Origin: Candidatus Schekmanbacteria bacterium
GTDB lineage: Bacteria; SZUA-182
Assembly: GCA_016235675.1 (NCBI GenBank)
Contig: JACRJN010000002.1
Location: 1 to 62,964, forward strand
Length of the DNA stretch: 62,964 nt
Reading direction: 5' to 3'
In this document: positions 27,472 through 36,159 of the stretch, piece after piece
How the letters are laid out: every line of letters starts with the position of its first letter
How positions within the stretch are numbered: the first letter of the stretch is position 1
Translations under genes and position numbers: made by a program
The notes under the pieces: model-generated
Seen by the model: only the letters and a program-made list of their open reading frames with translations
Databases searched by the model: none
Told to the model about the DNA's origin: nothing

Positions 27472-28109
27472 CAGGGGGCCAGACAGCCCCGCATTTGGTA
27501 TCCGGAATAATGCGGACCGTACGGCAGCGTTCCTAACGCCATCCTTACTACATCATGCGCCCGCGGTTCATATGACGAAAAAGCGGCATTTATAATGTTC
27601 CGCTCCAACGATTCCTTATCCCATCCGGCGCGTTTTAAACTGGATTTACGCGTCGTTTCCCAAAGTTTTGTACCGGTTTTGGCCTCCACCAATTCAAATC
27701 TGGCCTCCACCGAAACGGAGGAATAAACGACTAAATAAACGCTTGACCAATCAAGCACCGTACAATATAACAAAGCGTCCGCGTTTAATAATTCTCCCAG
27801 TTCCTTGCTGGTTAAGGTAAACATCTCCCCGGCTTCGTGGATATTTCTGGCCGCCAGCAGATTTCTTACCTCGCCGGGGCTGATTATTCTATAGCCCCTA
27901 TTTTGCATATGGGCATAAACAATTTCCTCAAATGCCTTGGGGGCATCGTAATCATTGGTTTCATTAAGCACTAAAAGCAGCGCGATTGTTTGCGGCCTGC
28001 GTTGCTCGTAATCAGGGACTATCGTGTGTAATTTAGGGGCGCAGCCTACCGCGGGGAAAATTATCAGAATGAGAAACAGGATTACAAAACCCAGCTTTTC
28101 TTTAGTCAT
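27471..28109 (-). CDS. DUF799/GNA1162-like lipoprotein
   Basis: Lipobox PAVGC. IALLLVLNETNDYDAPKAFE..NRGYRIISPGEV..ADALLYCTVLDWSSVY..VEAKTGTKLWE. Its stop overlaps the csgG-like start. Confidence 0.55.
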   Translation of the reverse strand: MTKEKLGFVILFLILIIFPAVGCAPKLHTIVPDYEQRRPQTIALLLVLNETNDYDAPKAFEEIVYAHMQNRGYRIISPGEVRNLLAARNIHEAGEMFTLTSKELGELLNADALLYCTVLDWSSVYLVVYSSVSVEARFELVEAKTGTKLWETTRKSSLKRAGWDKESLERNIINAAFSSYEPRAHDVVRMALGTLPYGPHYSGYQMRGCLAP

Positions 28110-28329
28110 TTTCTTTAAGCCGGCAAGCCCTGAAACAGACCAAAAGTCATGTTTATATTAGACATATTTATCACTGTGGAGTGCATAGCTCTACGGAGGA
28201 TTTATTCTGTTCCACAGATTTTAAACCTAATTTGCGGTTTTAGACGGTCACGTTGGGGTTGAATAATGATTTTTTAGTATAGCCCACCGCTGTTTGCTTG
28301 TCAATGATTAAGACAATAAATCTCAAGCC

Positions 28330-28896
28330 TTATTTTCTCTCATACTTCCCCATCAAATGAGACTCGGCTAAAACATGCCCTTTCATGGCTTTAGTAACAC
28401 TTTGTTTATCGACGGTTTTATCCTTAATATCCAATAAGGAATCGAGGGCGTAAAGCTTAAAAAAATAGCGATGATAACCGTGTCCCGGAGGGGGACATGC
28501 CCCGCCGTAACCGATTTTACCGAAATCGTTTTCACCCTGACGGGTATCGTCCGCCAATTTAGGTTTGGTTTCTACCGATTCCGGCAACTGCTTGGTTTTT
28601 GGCGGGATATTGTACATTACCCAATGTACCCAGGTACCCGCCGGAGCATCGGGATCATCGCAGATCAAGGCAAAGCTTTTGGTCTTGTCGGGCGCGGCAG
28701 TCCAGGATAAAGCCGGAGAGACGTCTTCCCCGTCGCAGGTGTATTTGCCTGGAATTACCCCTTCATTTTTAAAAGCGGATGATGTCAAATGCATGACGCT
28801 TCCTCCTATCGATATGTTGGGAATACCCACAGATATTAAAAGCGCCCCCATCAGGGATAACAATGCAGGGGGATTGATGTGAAATATTTTTTCCAT
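28330..28896 (-). CDS. YbhB/YbcL (PEBP/Raf-kinase-inhibitor-like) family protein, exported
   Basis: N-terminal hydrophobic segment. LTSSAFKNEGVIPGKYTCDGEDVSPALSW..DDPDAP..WVHWVMYNIP..GHGYHRYFFKLYALD. Confidence 0.85.
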   Translation of the reverse strand: MEKIFHINPPALLSLMGALLISVGIPNISIGGSVMHLTSSAFKNEGVIPGKYTCDGEDVSPALSWTAAPDKTKSFALICDDPDAPAGTWVHWVMYNIPPKTKQLPESVETKPKLADDTRQGENDFGKIGYGGACPPPGHGYHRYFFKLYALDSLLDIKDKTVDKQSVTKAMKGHVLAESHLMGKYERK

Positions 28897-29027
28897 GACA
28901 CCTCCTTATATAATTTATAAATAATGGGAATGCCAATTGAATATTTCTAATATTTTACTGCAAGTTAGTATAAAATCATCATATTGTACCAGACATCACA
29001 TAATAAAGATTTAAACCAACATAGCTC

Positions 29028-29056
29028 TTGACTTTCGTTGATAATCTGAGTACGAT
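29028..29056 (+). promoter_or_regulatory. Candidate sigma-70 promoter for the superoxide reductase gene
   Basis: TTGACT (29028-33), 17 nt, TACGAT (29051-56). 32 nt upstream of the ATG, which follows AAGGAGG. Confidence 0.45.
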
Positions 29057-29088
29057 TTTAACTTAACCAGTAAACAAAGGAGGTTGAT

Positions 29089-29484
29089 ATGCCTGAATTA
29101 AAAGAACTTTTTCAAACTGCGGACTGGAAACAGGAAAAACATGTTCCGGTTATAGAATTACCGGAAATTATAAAAAAGGGTGAATATTTCAAGGTTACCG
29201 TCTTGGTAGGTAAAGATAACCCTCATCCTAATACCACCGAACACCATATCCGCTGGATTGCGGTTTATTTTTTGCCACTGGATGCGAAATTTCCCATTCA
29301 AATCGGAAAATTCGAATTTACCGCCCATGGAGAATCCACCCAAGGGCCGAACACTAGTACCGTATATACCCAGCCGGAGGTAGTGTTGAATTTCAAAACC
29401 GATAAACCCGGCACAATATTTTCGTCATCTTACTGCAATATCCATGGATTATGGCAAAGTTCCCGGTCGATAGAGGTAAAATAA
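29089..29484 (+). CDS. sor: Superoxide reductase (one-iron, neelaredoxin-type desulfoferrodoxin domain)
   Basis: EKHVPVIE, NPHPNTTEHHIRWI, CNIHGLW (His4Cys ligand pattern). Confidence 0.8.
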   Translation: MPELKELFQTADWKQEKHVPVIELPEIIKKGEYFKVTVLVGKDNPHPNTTEHHIRWIAVYFLPLDAKFPIQIGKFEFTAHGESTQGPNTSTVYTQPEVVLNFKTDKPGTIFSSSYCNIHGLWQSSRSIEVK

Positions 29485-29534
29485 AGGTCATGAAGGCCGC
29501 GTATTATATCGTTTTCTGGTTGATATGACAAACT

Positions 29535-29616
29535 GTCATTCCCGAACGCCTTAATCGGGAATCTGGTTTTTCAAACAGTTAAAATCAGATTCCCGATAAC
29601 ACCATTCGGGAATGAC
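29535..29616. repeat. Family B palindromic element (GTCATTCCCGAACGCCTTAATCGGGAATC .. GATTCCCGATAAC..ATTCGGGAATGAC)
   Basis: One of 6 copies (7590, 29535, 33891, 39678, 42370, 52034). Flanked by AACT on both sides. Confidence 0.85.
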
Positions 29617-29631
29617 AACTAGAAAACGATA

Positions 29632-30987
29632 TTACGCGTCCGCATCTTTTCCCACCAGTCCTAGGCTTTTCAACTTGCGGTGCAGATGGCTGCGTTCCAG
29701 TTTAAGCTGTTGCGCGGTTTTGCTGATATTGCCGTTATTTTTCTCTAATTGCCCGGCAAGAAAAGCTTTTTCAAATTCCACCCGGGCATCCTTGAAAGAA
29801 ACGACGGCGTGATCATCGGGCGGGGTTTGATGAACGGAAGCGGGCAAATCGGACGGTTCGATCAAATCATGGGGGGTCATAATCACTAAACGCTCGACCA
29901 AATTCTTCAGCTCCCGCACATTTCCCGGCCAGGCATACCAGGTAAGGCATTGCAGAGCGGACGGGCTGAATTTTTTGAGTCTTTTATTGTTCTGGGTAGA
30001 AAATTGCTGCAAAAAGTGATTGATCAGGAGCGGAATATCTTCCTTGCGTTCCCGCATGGGTGGTGCCTGGAAGGGGATAACATGCAGCCGATAATATAAA
30101 TCCTCACGGAAACGACCGGCCGCGATTTCCTGGGGCAAGTCTTTATTGGATGCGGCGATAAGACGTACATTGACGTGGATTTTTTTGTCTCCGCCCACTC
30201 GGACGAAGGCTTGTTCTTCCAGCACCCGCAAGACTTTGGCCTGAGTTTTCAGGCTCATATCGCCGATCTCGTCCAAAAAGAGCGTACCGCCGTCGGCTAA
30301 TTCGAACTTGCCGCGCCGGGCGCCGGTTGCCCCGGTAAAAGCGCCTTTTTCATGACCGAAAAGCTCGCTTTCGATCAACTCCTCAGGGATGGCCGCGCAA
30401 TTTACCTCAAGAAAAGGCCCCCTGCTGCGCTGGCTTTGCCTGTGCAGTGAGCGGGCTATCAGCTCTTTTCCGGTTCCATTTTCCCCGCAGATTAACGCCC
30501 AGCCTTCGCTGGGAGCCGCTAAAGCAATCTGTCCCTTGATTCTCATGATCGCATCGCTATTGCCCAGAATTTCGCTGTCTTTTTCAATTCGCTGTTTGAG
30601 CCTTTTATTCTCTTGCTCCAGGCTTTGCTTATCCAGAGCATGAGAGACTACCAGGAGAATTTTTTCCAGCGACAGCGGTTTTTCGATAAAATCGTAAGCA
30701 CCCAGTTTGGTAGCCTTAACCGCCGTATCGATATTACCGTGACCGGAGATCATCACCACATCCAGATCCGGCTTGATTTGCTTGATTTGTCTGAGCACCT
30801 CCAACCCATCGATTCCCGGCAGCCAGATGTCAAGGATCACCAAATCCAGCCCTTCCGCCTCCACTAAAGGCAAAGCCTCCTCACCGCTGCCGATGGTCAG
30901 CGTTTCATAACCTTCGTCCTGAAGAATGTCCGAAAGAGTGCGGCAAATCTCCCGCTCGTCGTCGACGATTAAGATGCGGTTTTTCAA
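29632..30987 (-). CDS. Sigma-54-dependent response regulator (REC, AAA+ and Fis-type HTH; NtrC family)
   Basis: ILIVDDE..LVILDIWLPGIDG. GENGTGKE. GAFTGA. ESELFGHEKGAFTG. C-terminal NISKTAQQLKLERSHLHRKLK. Confidence 0.9.
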   Translation of the reverse strand: MKNRILIVDDEREICRTLSDILQDEGYETLTIGSGEEALPLVEAEGLDLVILDIWLPGIDGLEVLRQIKQIKPDLDVVMISGHGNIDTAVKATKLGAYDFIEKPLSLEKILLVVSHALDKQSLEQENKRLKQRIEKDSEILGNSDAIMRIKGQIALAAPSEGWALICGENGTGKELIARSLHRQSQRSRGPFLEVNCAAIPEELIESELFGHEKGAFTGATGARRGKFELADGGTLFLDEIGDMSLKTQAKVLRVLEEQAFVRVGGDKKIHVNVRLIAASNKDLPQEIAAGRFREDLYYRLHVIPFQAPPMRERKEDIPLLINHFLQQFSTQNNKRLKKFSPSALQCLTWYAWPGNVRELKNLVERLVIMTPHDLIEPSDLPASVHQTPPDDHAVVSFKDARVEFEKAFLAGQLEKNNGNISKTAQQLKLERSHLHRKLKSLGLVGKDADA

Positions 30988-31003
30988 AGCTTACTCCTTA
31001 AAT

Positions 31004-31227
31004 AGGACTGAGTGCTGAGGACTGAGGACTGAGTAACTGGTACACGATTTTATAAATAACTAAGATTATGAATTTGGATGGTCATTGCGAGCAAAGCGAA
31101 GCAATCTCAGACGTACCAAGCGTTCGAGATTGCTTCGGCTTCGCCTCGCAATGACATAATAAACCGAATTATTTACGAAACGATGTACTAGATTATTACT
31201 CAGTCCTCAGCACTCAGTCCTCAGCAC
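31004..31227. repeat. Nested composite: family G heptad arms enclosing a family A element (31081-31155)
   Basis: TGA at 31009, 31016, 31023, 31030. The right arm ACTCAGTCCTCAGCACTCAGTCCTCAGCAC is complementary. Confidence 0.85.
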
Positions 31228-31233
31228 TGTAAC

Positions 31234-32715
31234 TTACCCCTGGCAAATAATATCAGCCAGATTAAGCGCCGACAAGGAAATCAGATTACTGCCCCGTCCG
31301 GGGAAGCTGTCTTCCCCCACCAGCCAGAGGTGTTTGTAGTGCGTGTAATTAGAATAACCGTTGAAACCGAATCCGCCCGGCGTATGGGACAGGCCGGAAA
31401 GAAGTCCCTGAGGCCAAAGCGCGGATATGGGCTGTTTGGGTATTGGGCTTGAATCCTGAAAGCTAATCCCGTCTTCGATGAAAACCAGAAAACGGCTCAG
31501 TTCCCGGATGATTTCTTTGGTCAGCGCCAGTTTATTATCTGCCGAACTAACCGCGTACTGCCATTTATCAAAAGGCAGATAAGCGGTGACAGTCAGCGCC
31601 CGCTTGCCCTGAGGAGCGCGTTCCGGATCATCATTGGGGCTTATATTGATAAAGAGCGTGTGCGTATCGCCGATCGGCTTTTGATAATCGTTACATAAGA
31701 AAACATTATCACGGAGCTGATCGGGCAAAACATCCTCGTCCACACCCAGATAGACGCTGAAAGGCATCCACTGCCGGGGAAACAGTTCCGTCTTTTTACT
31801 AATCTTAGCCAAAAGATTGGGGTCATCCAGCAGATTGGCGTATAAATCCCCGATGGCGGTATTGGCGATAATCTCTTTGGCCCGCAGATTTTCGCCCCCT
31901 GCCAGTTGCACGCCTACCGCCTGATTCGATTCCACTATAATTTTTTTCACCCGGCAATCGTATCTGATTTTACCGCCGTTATTTTCCAGGCTTTTAATCA
32001 GATTTTTGATCAGGCGCTGATTGCCTCCGGGGAAATAAACCGCGCCCCGCTTGGGTATCCCCAGGATATAAGCCGCTAAAAGCAACGGGCATTCTTTCAG
32101 CCCAAGTAAGCTGTGAAAGAATATGGGCAAATCCAATAATTTGACAAATTCCTGGTCGTCGCCGTAAAGGGTTAACAAATCCGCCCCCTTTTTTTCCAGT
32201 CCGCCGGTCAAACGTGTCAACTTGGGCAGAATATCACGATGGTAGATATATTTTTCTTTAAGACCGGTCGGGCAGAAAAAATTCTTATGCTGCTGCATAT
32301 CGAAAAAACCGTTTTCAATCTCATCCGCCCGCTGAAACAGATTTTTCATCTTGTCGCCCGCTTGCGGAAATTCTCGCTTCAACTCATCCAGAAGGGCGAT
32401 TCGTTCATTATAAACATTGACCCTGTGATTAGGCAGGATTAATTGCCAAACCGGGTTTTGGTTTTGCTTGGTTAACAGCATATCCAGTTGAGCCATGATG
32501 CGCTCGTGTATGCCGCCCAGTTCAAAACCGTTAAAAAGGCTGCATGTGGTTTGGAAAAGATAGTCCCCCCGTTCGAAAACAGACAATTTTCCTCCGGCAA
32601 GGGAGTTTTGCTCTAAGATGACCACCCGCTTGCCTTTCCGGGCTAACAAGGCTCCCGCGGTCAGTCCGCCGATTCCGGCTCCGATGATTATTACGTCACA
32701 ATCCTGATGTGCCAT
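31234..32715 (-). CDS. FAD-dependent oxidoreductase, phytoene-desaturase (CrtI)-like family
   Basis: DVIIIGAGIGGLTAGALLARKGKRVVILEQNSLAGG dinucleotide fold. 493 aa. Confidence 0.65.
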   Translation of the reverse strand: MAHQDCDVIIIGAGIGGLTAGALLARKGKRVVILEQNSLAGGKLSVFERGDYLFQTTCSLFNGFELGGIHERIMAQLDMLLTKQNQNPVWQLILPNHRVNVYNERIALLDELKREFPQAGDKMKNLFQRADEIENGFFDMQQHKNFFCPTGLKEKYIYHRDILPKLTRLTGGLEKKGADLLTLYGDDQEFVKLLDLPIFFHSLLGLKECPLLLAAYILGIPKRGAVYFPGGNQRLIKNLIKSLENNGGKIRYDCRVKKIIVESNQAVGVQLAGGENLRAKEIIANTAIGDLYANLLDDPNLLAKISKKTELFPRQWMPFSVYLGVDEDVLPDQLRDNVFLCNDYQKPIGDTHTLFINISPNDDPERAPQGKRALTVTAYLPFDKWQYAVSSADNKLALTKEIIRELSRFLVFIEDGISFQDSSPIPKQPISALWPQGLLSGLSHTPGGFGFNGYSNYTHYKHLWLVGEDSFPGRGSNLISLSALNLADIICQG

Positions 32716-32726
32716 GAATAAACCTC

Positions 32727-32830
32727 AGGCTTTGGGCTTTGGGCTTCAGGCTTCCGGCAAAAATTAACTTTCTGTTTCAGCTTATCCCCAAGCCGAAATA
32801 AATTTAATATTTGCCTGAAGCCCGAAGCCT
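32727..32830. repeat. Family H heptad hairpin (AGGCTTTGGGCTTTGGGCTTCAGGCTTCCGGC .. GCCTGAAGCCCGAAGCCT)
   Basis: 7-nt GGGCTTT/AGGCTTC periodicity. The stop of the upstream gene (32829-31) lies in the right arm. Confidence 0.7.
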
Positions 32831-33455
32831 ATTTCCTCATTTCCTCAAAATGGGCGGGACGACATTGCTTTTGTTTGATGGCGCTGACCAAATCCGCCTC
32901 GCTTTTTATCCACGCAGAAAAAAAGGTCAGATAATTGCCAAGACTTTGGCTGCTGTGGGCATCAGAGCCGCCGGTTCCCGGTAATTGCAGAATTTTACAG
33001 GCGTTATCCGCCAGTTGCATTTCCTCCGGAGCGGTATTCCCGTTGAACACCTCGATGCCGTCCAAATCCAGTTTATAAATATTATCCCGCAGACCTAAAA
33101 AAGCCCGATAAGGATGAGCGGCTATAGCCACTCCCCCCTGGCTGTGTACCTTTTCCAACAATTCTTGGGCGGATAATTCATCCCCCAGACTTTGTTCCAC
33201 GCCGAAAACCAAAACATCCCCTTCCAGTCTGTCATCGCAACGTGTGCGAATTTCCTGTCCCCGTAAAACTACCAGATTACCGGCTTTTGCGCGGGTTTTC
33301 AAATCCTCTATTTCTTCTTTGTCCCACAGTATACCGTGCTCGGTAATAACCAGCCCGTCCAGTTTCAGCATCTTAGCCGTTTCCACCATTTCCAAAGGGA
33401 GAAGGACGCTGCACGCAGAGTAACGGTTAGTGTGCACATGCAAGTCCAAAAACAT
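32829..33455 (-). CDS. PHP-domain metal-dependent phosphoesterase
   Basis: MFLDLHVHTNRYSACS start motif, ITEHG, AIAAHPYR, GGSDAHS. Start moved to 33455 because the upstream part of the ORF is repeat sequence. Confidence 0.7.
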   Translation of the reverse strand: MFLDLHVHTNRYSACSVLLPLEMVETAKMLKLDGLVITEHGILWDKEEIEDLKTRAKAGNLVVLRGQEIRTRCDDRLEGDVLVFGVEQSLGDELSAQELLEKVHSQGGVAIAAHPYRAFLGLRDNIYKLDLDGIEVFNGNTAPEEMQLADNACKILQLPGTGGSDAHSSQSLGNYLTFFSAWIKSEADLVSAIKQKQCRPAHFEEMRK

Positions 33456-33498
33456 GGATAAAACCCCCCGGTTTTCTTTCGGCCTGAAGGTAGACTTT

Positions 33499-33575
33499 CG
33501 TAGGGGCGAGGTTTCCTCGCCCTTGATACAATTGGTGGAAACGTTACCGAAAGGGCGGGGAGACCCCGCCCCTAC
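33499..33575. repeat. E-like double-mini-hairpin element (GTAGGGG [CGAGGTTTCCTCG] .. [GGGCGGGGAGACCCCGCCC] CTAC)
   Basis: Same architecture as family E, with different stem sequences. Confidence 0.65.
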
Positions 33576-33582
33576 AACATTT

Positions 33583-33641
33583 TCATGCTTCTTGGTGTCC
33601 TGAAGGGACATGGATATTTCGGCTTGGGACACGCCGAAACA
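33583..33641. repeat. Family J element
   Basis: ATGCTTCTTGGTGTCCTGAAGGGACATGGATATTTCGGCTTGGGACACGCCGAAACA. Matches the reverse complement of 10213-10276. Confidence 0.7.
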
Positions 33642-33814
33642 AAAATGAAGAATTTTTTCACTCTGTATTAGAATACCCTCTAACCCTCTTACTTGTCAAT
33701 GGATTAATACCCTAGGGATTATCACTAAAGGCATGTAATTTGCAATTTGTAAACTATTGGTAGCGTAGAAATAGGGAGACCTTTTTGTTTGCATCAAGAA
33801 GAAATCTTAAATTT

Positions 33815-33869
33815 CGTAGTCTAAAGCCCTTTAGGGCTGAACTTCCAGGGCTAAAGCCCCTGCACTACG
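33815..33869. repeat. Family E element
   Basis: CGTAGTCTAAAGCCCTTTAGGGCTGAACTTCCAGGGCTAAAGCCCCTGCACTACG. Confidence 0.8.
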
Positions 33870-33890
33870 ACTGCTTGAAAAACCATATCC

Positions 33891-33934
33891 GTCCCCGAAT
33901 GCCTTTATCGGGGATAAAAGCATTCGGGGATGAC
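33891..33934. repeat. Family B element, short form
   Basis: GTCCCCGAATGCCTTTATCGGGGATAAAAGCATTCGGGGATGAC. Confidence 0.8.
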
Positions 33935-33980
33935 AGTGTGTCTTGTCAACTAGAAAACGATATAAACGGGGGGGGCGAAA

Positions 33981-35144
33981 TTGAACTATCATCAAAATAC
34001 CAACGGGATCATACCAAGGGCTTTTAGCAAGCTTTTAATCACACCGGAGATGATCAAGCCTTCCCAGGAAGGATTCGAGGTCGTGGCAGCCTTTAATCCG
34101 GGTGTGGTTAGACATGGCGATACAACCTGTTTTTTGATCCGGGTGGCGGAAAGGCCGGTCGAAAAAAGACCGGGATTTATCGCGATCCCCCGCTTGAAAA
34201 AAGGGGAAATCGTCATCGACTGGCAGCCGATGGATACCTTGATAGAACTGGATGAACGATCTTTGCGTTCCAAGGCGCAGGGGTACTTCTTTTTATCTGC
34301 CATTTCCCATCTGCGGCTGGCCACAAGCCGGGACGGTATCAATATCGATTACATTTCCGAGACACCGACCATCTTCCCCCGGAAAGCCTTCGAAGAATTC
34401 GGCATAGAAGACCCGCGCATCACCTTAATCGACGATACTTTTTATATAACCTATGCCGCCGTCTCCCGTCACGGCATTTCAACCGCCTTGGCCAGTACTA
34501 AGGATTTTCAGACCTTTGACCGACACGGAATCATCTTCCCCACTGAAAATAAAGGGGTGGTGATTTTCCCGGAAAAAATAAATAACCATTATCTGGCTTT
34601 GCACCGTCCCCTGAGCGCCAATCCTTTCGGGCCGCCGGAAATGTGGATGGCCTATTCCCCGGATTTAATGCATTGGGGACGACACCATTGCACTATCGGG
34701 GCTTGCTGCGAATTCCAATGTATTAAAATCGCTCCGGTGGCCGGTCTGCCTACCGGCTGTTTTTGCAGAAGGCGCAGGGCTTCCGATTGGGATGCCATGC
34801 GTGTCGGCGCCGGCGCCCCTCCCCTGAAAACCCAAGACGGCTGGCTGGTAATCTATCATGGTTCTTATAAAACGGAGCCGACCGATAAGCGCGGGGTTTA
34901 TTGCGGCGGTGCGGCATTATTCGATTTAAACAACCCGGAAAAATTGCTGGCCAAGGCTAAAATGCCCATTCTTGTTCCGGAAAGAGATTACGAGCAAAAC
35001 GGATACATGCCTAATGTTGTTTTCCCGACAGGCGTTGTGGAAGAAGACGGGAATTTATTGATTTATTACGGAGCGGCGGATACCAATGTCGCCGTAGCCA
35101 AACTCTCCTTGCAGGATGTTTTGGATGCCATCCTGAAGGATTGA
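33981..35144 (+). CDS. GH130-family glycoside phosphorylase/hydrolase-like protein (beta-mannoside-type)
   Basis: FNPGVVRHGD..FLIRVAE, EDPRITLIDDTFYITYAAVS, VGAGAPPLKTQDGWLVIYHG, LIYYGAADT. TTG start, uncertain. Confidence 0.7.
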   Translation: MNYHQNTNGIIPRAFSKLLITPEMIKPSQEGFEVVAAFNPGVVRHGDTTCFLIRVAERPVEKRPGFIAIPRLKKGEIVIDWQPMDTLIELDERSLRSKAQGYFFLSAISHLRLATSRDGINIDYISETPTIFPRKAFEEFGIEDPRITLIDDTFYITYAAVSRHGISTALASTKDFQTFDRHGIIFPTENKGVVIFPEKINNHYLALHRPLSANPFGPPEMWMAYSPDLMHWGRHHCTIGACCEFQCIKIAPVAGLPTGCFCRRRRASDWDAMRVGAGAPPLKTQDGWLVIYHGSYKTEPTDKRGVYCGGAALFDLNNPEKLLAKAKMPILVPERDYEQNGYMPNVVFPTGVVEEDGNLLIYYGAADTNVAVAKLSLQDVLDAILKD

Positions 35145-35157
35145 GCAACCAGCCTGG

Positions 35158-35257
35158 CAATCAGCCTTGACAAAGCCGTAGTGCCAGGGCTTTAGCCCTG
35201 GAAGATCAGCCCTAAAGGGCTGGGACTACGGATTTCAAGCAATCAGCCTTGACAAAG
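35158..35257. repeat. Family E element (35176-35231) flanked by an 18-bp direct duplication CAATCAGCCTTGACAAAG
   Basis: The direct repeats at 35158-35175 and 35240-35257 are identical. The element between them is CCGTAGTGCCAGGGCTTTAGCCCTGGAAGATCAGCCCTAAAGGGCTGGGACTACGG. Confidence 0.85.
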
Positions 35258-35275
35258 AAGATAAATCAGTATAAT
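35249..35275 (+). promoter_or_regulatory. Candidate promoter for the deacetylase gene; its -35 lies in the duplicated 18-mer
   Basis: TTGACA (35249-54), 15-nt spacer, TATAAT (35270-75). The spacer is short. Confidence 0.35.
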
Positions 35276-35283
35276 TTATCCCT

Positions 35284-36159
35284 ATGCAAAATGCCCTGAG
35301 TATCGATGTAGAAGATTATTTCCACGCGGAGGCGCTCGCCCAAATTATCCCGCGGCAAAAATGGCCGGAATGTTCCAGCCGGGTGGTATCGTCTACCAAC
35401 ACTATTTTAAATTTATTGGATAAACATCGGGTAAAAGCCACTTTTTTTATTCTCGGCATTCTGGCGGAACAATTTCCTAATCTAGTGGTGGATATAGCTT
35501 CAAGAGGGCATGAAATAGGCAGTCACGGTTACGAGCATTTGCGCATTACCCAACAAAATCCCGGCGATTTTCGCTCACGTCTGGGTAAAAGCCAACAGAT
35601 TTTGGAAAATATCTTGCAGGAGCCGGTTATCGGCTATCGCGCTCCCACCTTTTCCATTACCCGAAACAGTCTTTGGGCGCTGGATATTCTTTATGAGATG
35701 GGCTTTCTCTACGATTCCAGCATCTTTCCCATCCACCATGACCGCTACGGCATTCCCGACGCTCCCCGTTTTCCTTACCGGGTTTGGGAAAAACGGAATT
35801 TTTACGAATTTCCGGCATCTACCTTGCGCATGTGTGGAATAAACTGGCCGGTAGGTGGTGGTGGTTATTTGCGTATTTTGCCTTTCAGCTATACCAAATA
35901 CGGTGTTACAAAGCTCAATCAGGCTTCCCATCCGGCTATGGTCTACCTGCATCCCTGGGAAGTCGATGATTTGCAGCCGCGTTCGGGGCTGACAGGCTTA
36001 TCTAAATTTCGACATTATTATCATCTGGATAAAATGCTTGACCGGCTTCAAAAACTTTTATTAACCTTTCCTTTTGCTCCGATACGGGAGGTGCTAAAAT
36101 TTTATAACTATGAAAAAAATCTATTTAATCCGCCATCCTCACGTACAAGCCGCCGATGA
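35284..36159 (+). CDS. Polysaccharide deacetylase family protein (DUF3473/exopolysaccharide-locus type)
   Basis: ALSIDVEDYFH, ATFFILG, HEIGSHGYEH, GYRAPTFS. Confidence 0.8.
   Translation: MQNALSIDVEDYFHAEALAQIIPRQKWPECSSRVVSSTNTILNLLDKHRVKATFFILGILAEQFPNLVVDIASRGHEIGSHGYEHLRITQQNPGDFRSRLGKSQQILENILQEPVIGYRAPTFSITRNSLWALDILYEMGFLYDSSIFPIHHDRYGIPDAPRFPYRVWEKRNFYEFPASTLRMCGINWPVGGGGYLRILPFSYTKYGVTKLNQASHPAMVYLHPWEVDDLQPRSGLTGLSKFRHYYHLDKMLDRLQKLLLTFPFAPIREVLKFYNYEKNLFNPPSSRTSRR

Noticed and set aside
31034-31052. Sigma-54 promoter-like CTGGTACACGATTTTAT upstream of the NtrC-family gene region
   Set aside because: It has the -24 GG but lacks the -12 TTGC element, it lies inside a repeat composite, and its orientation does not serve a nearby gene.
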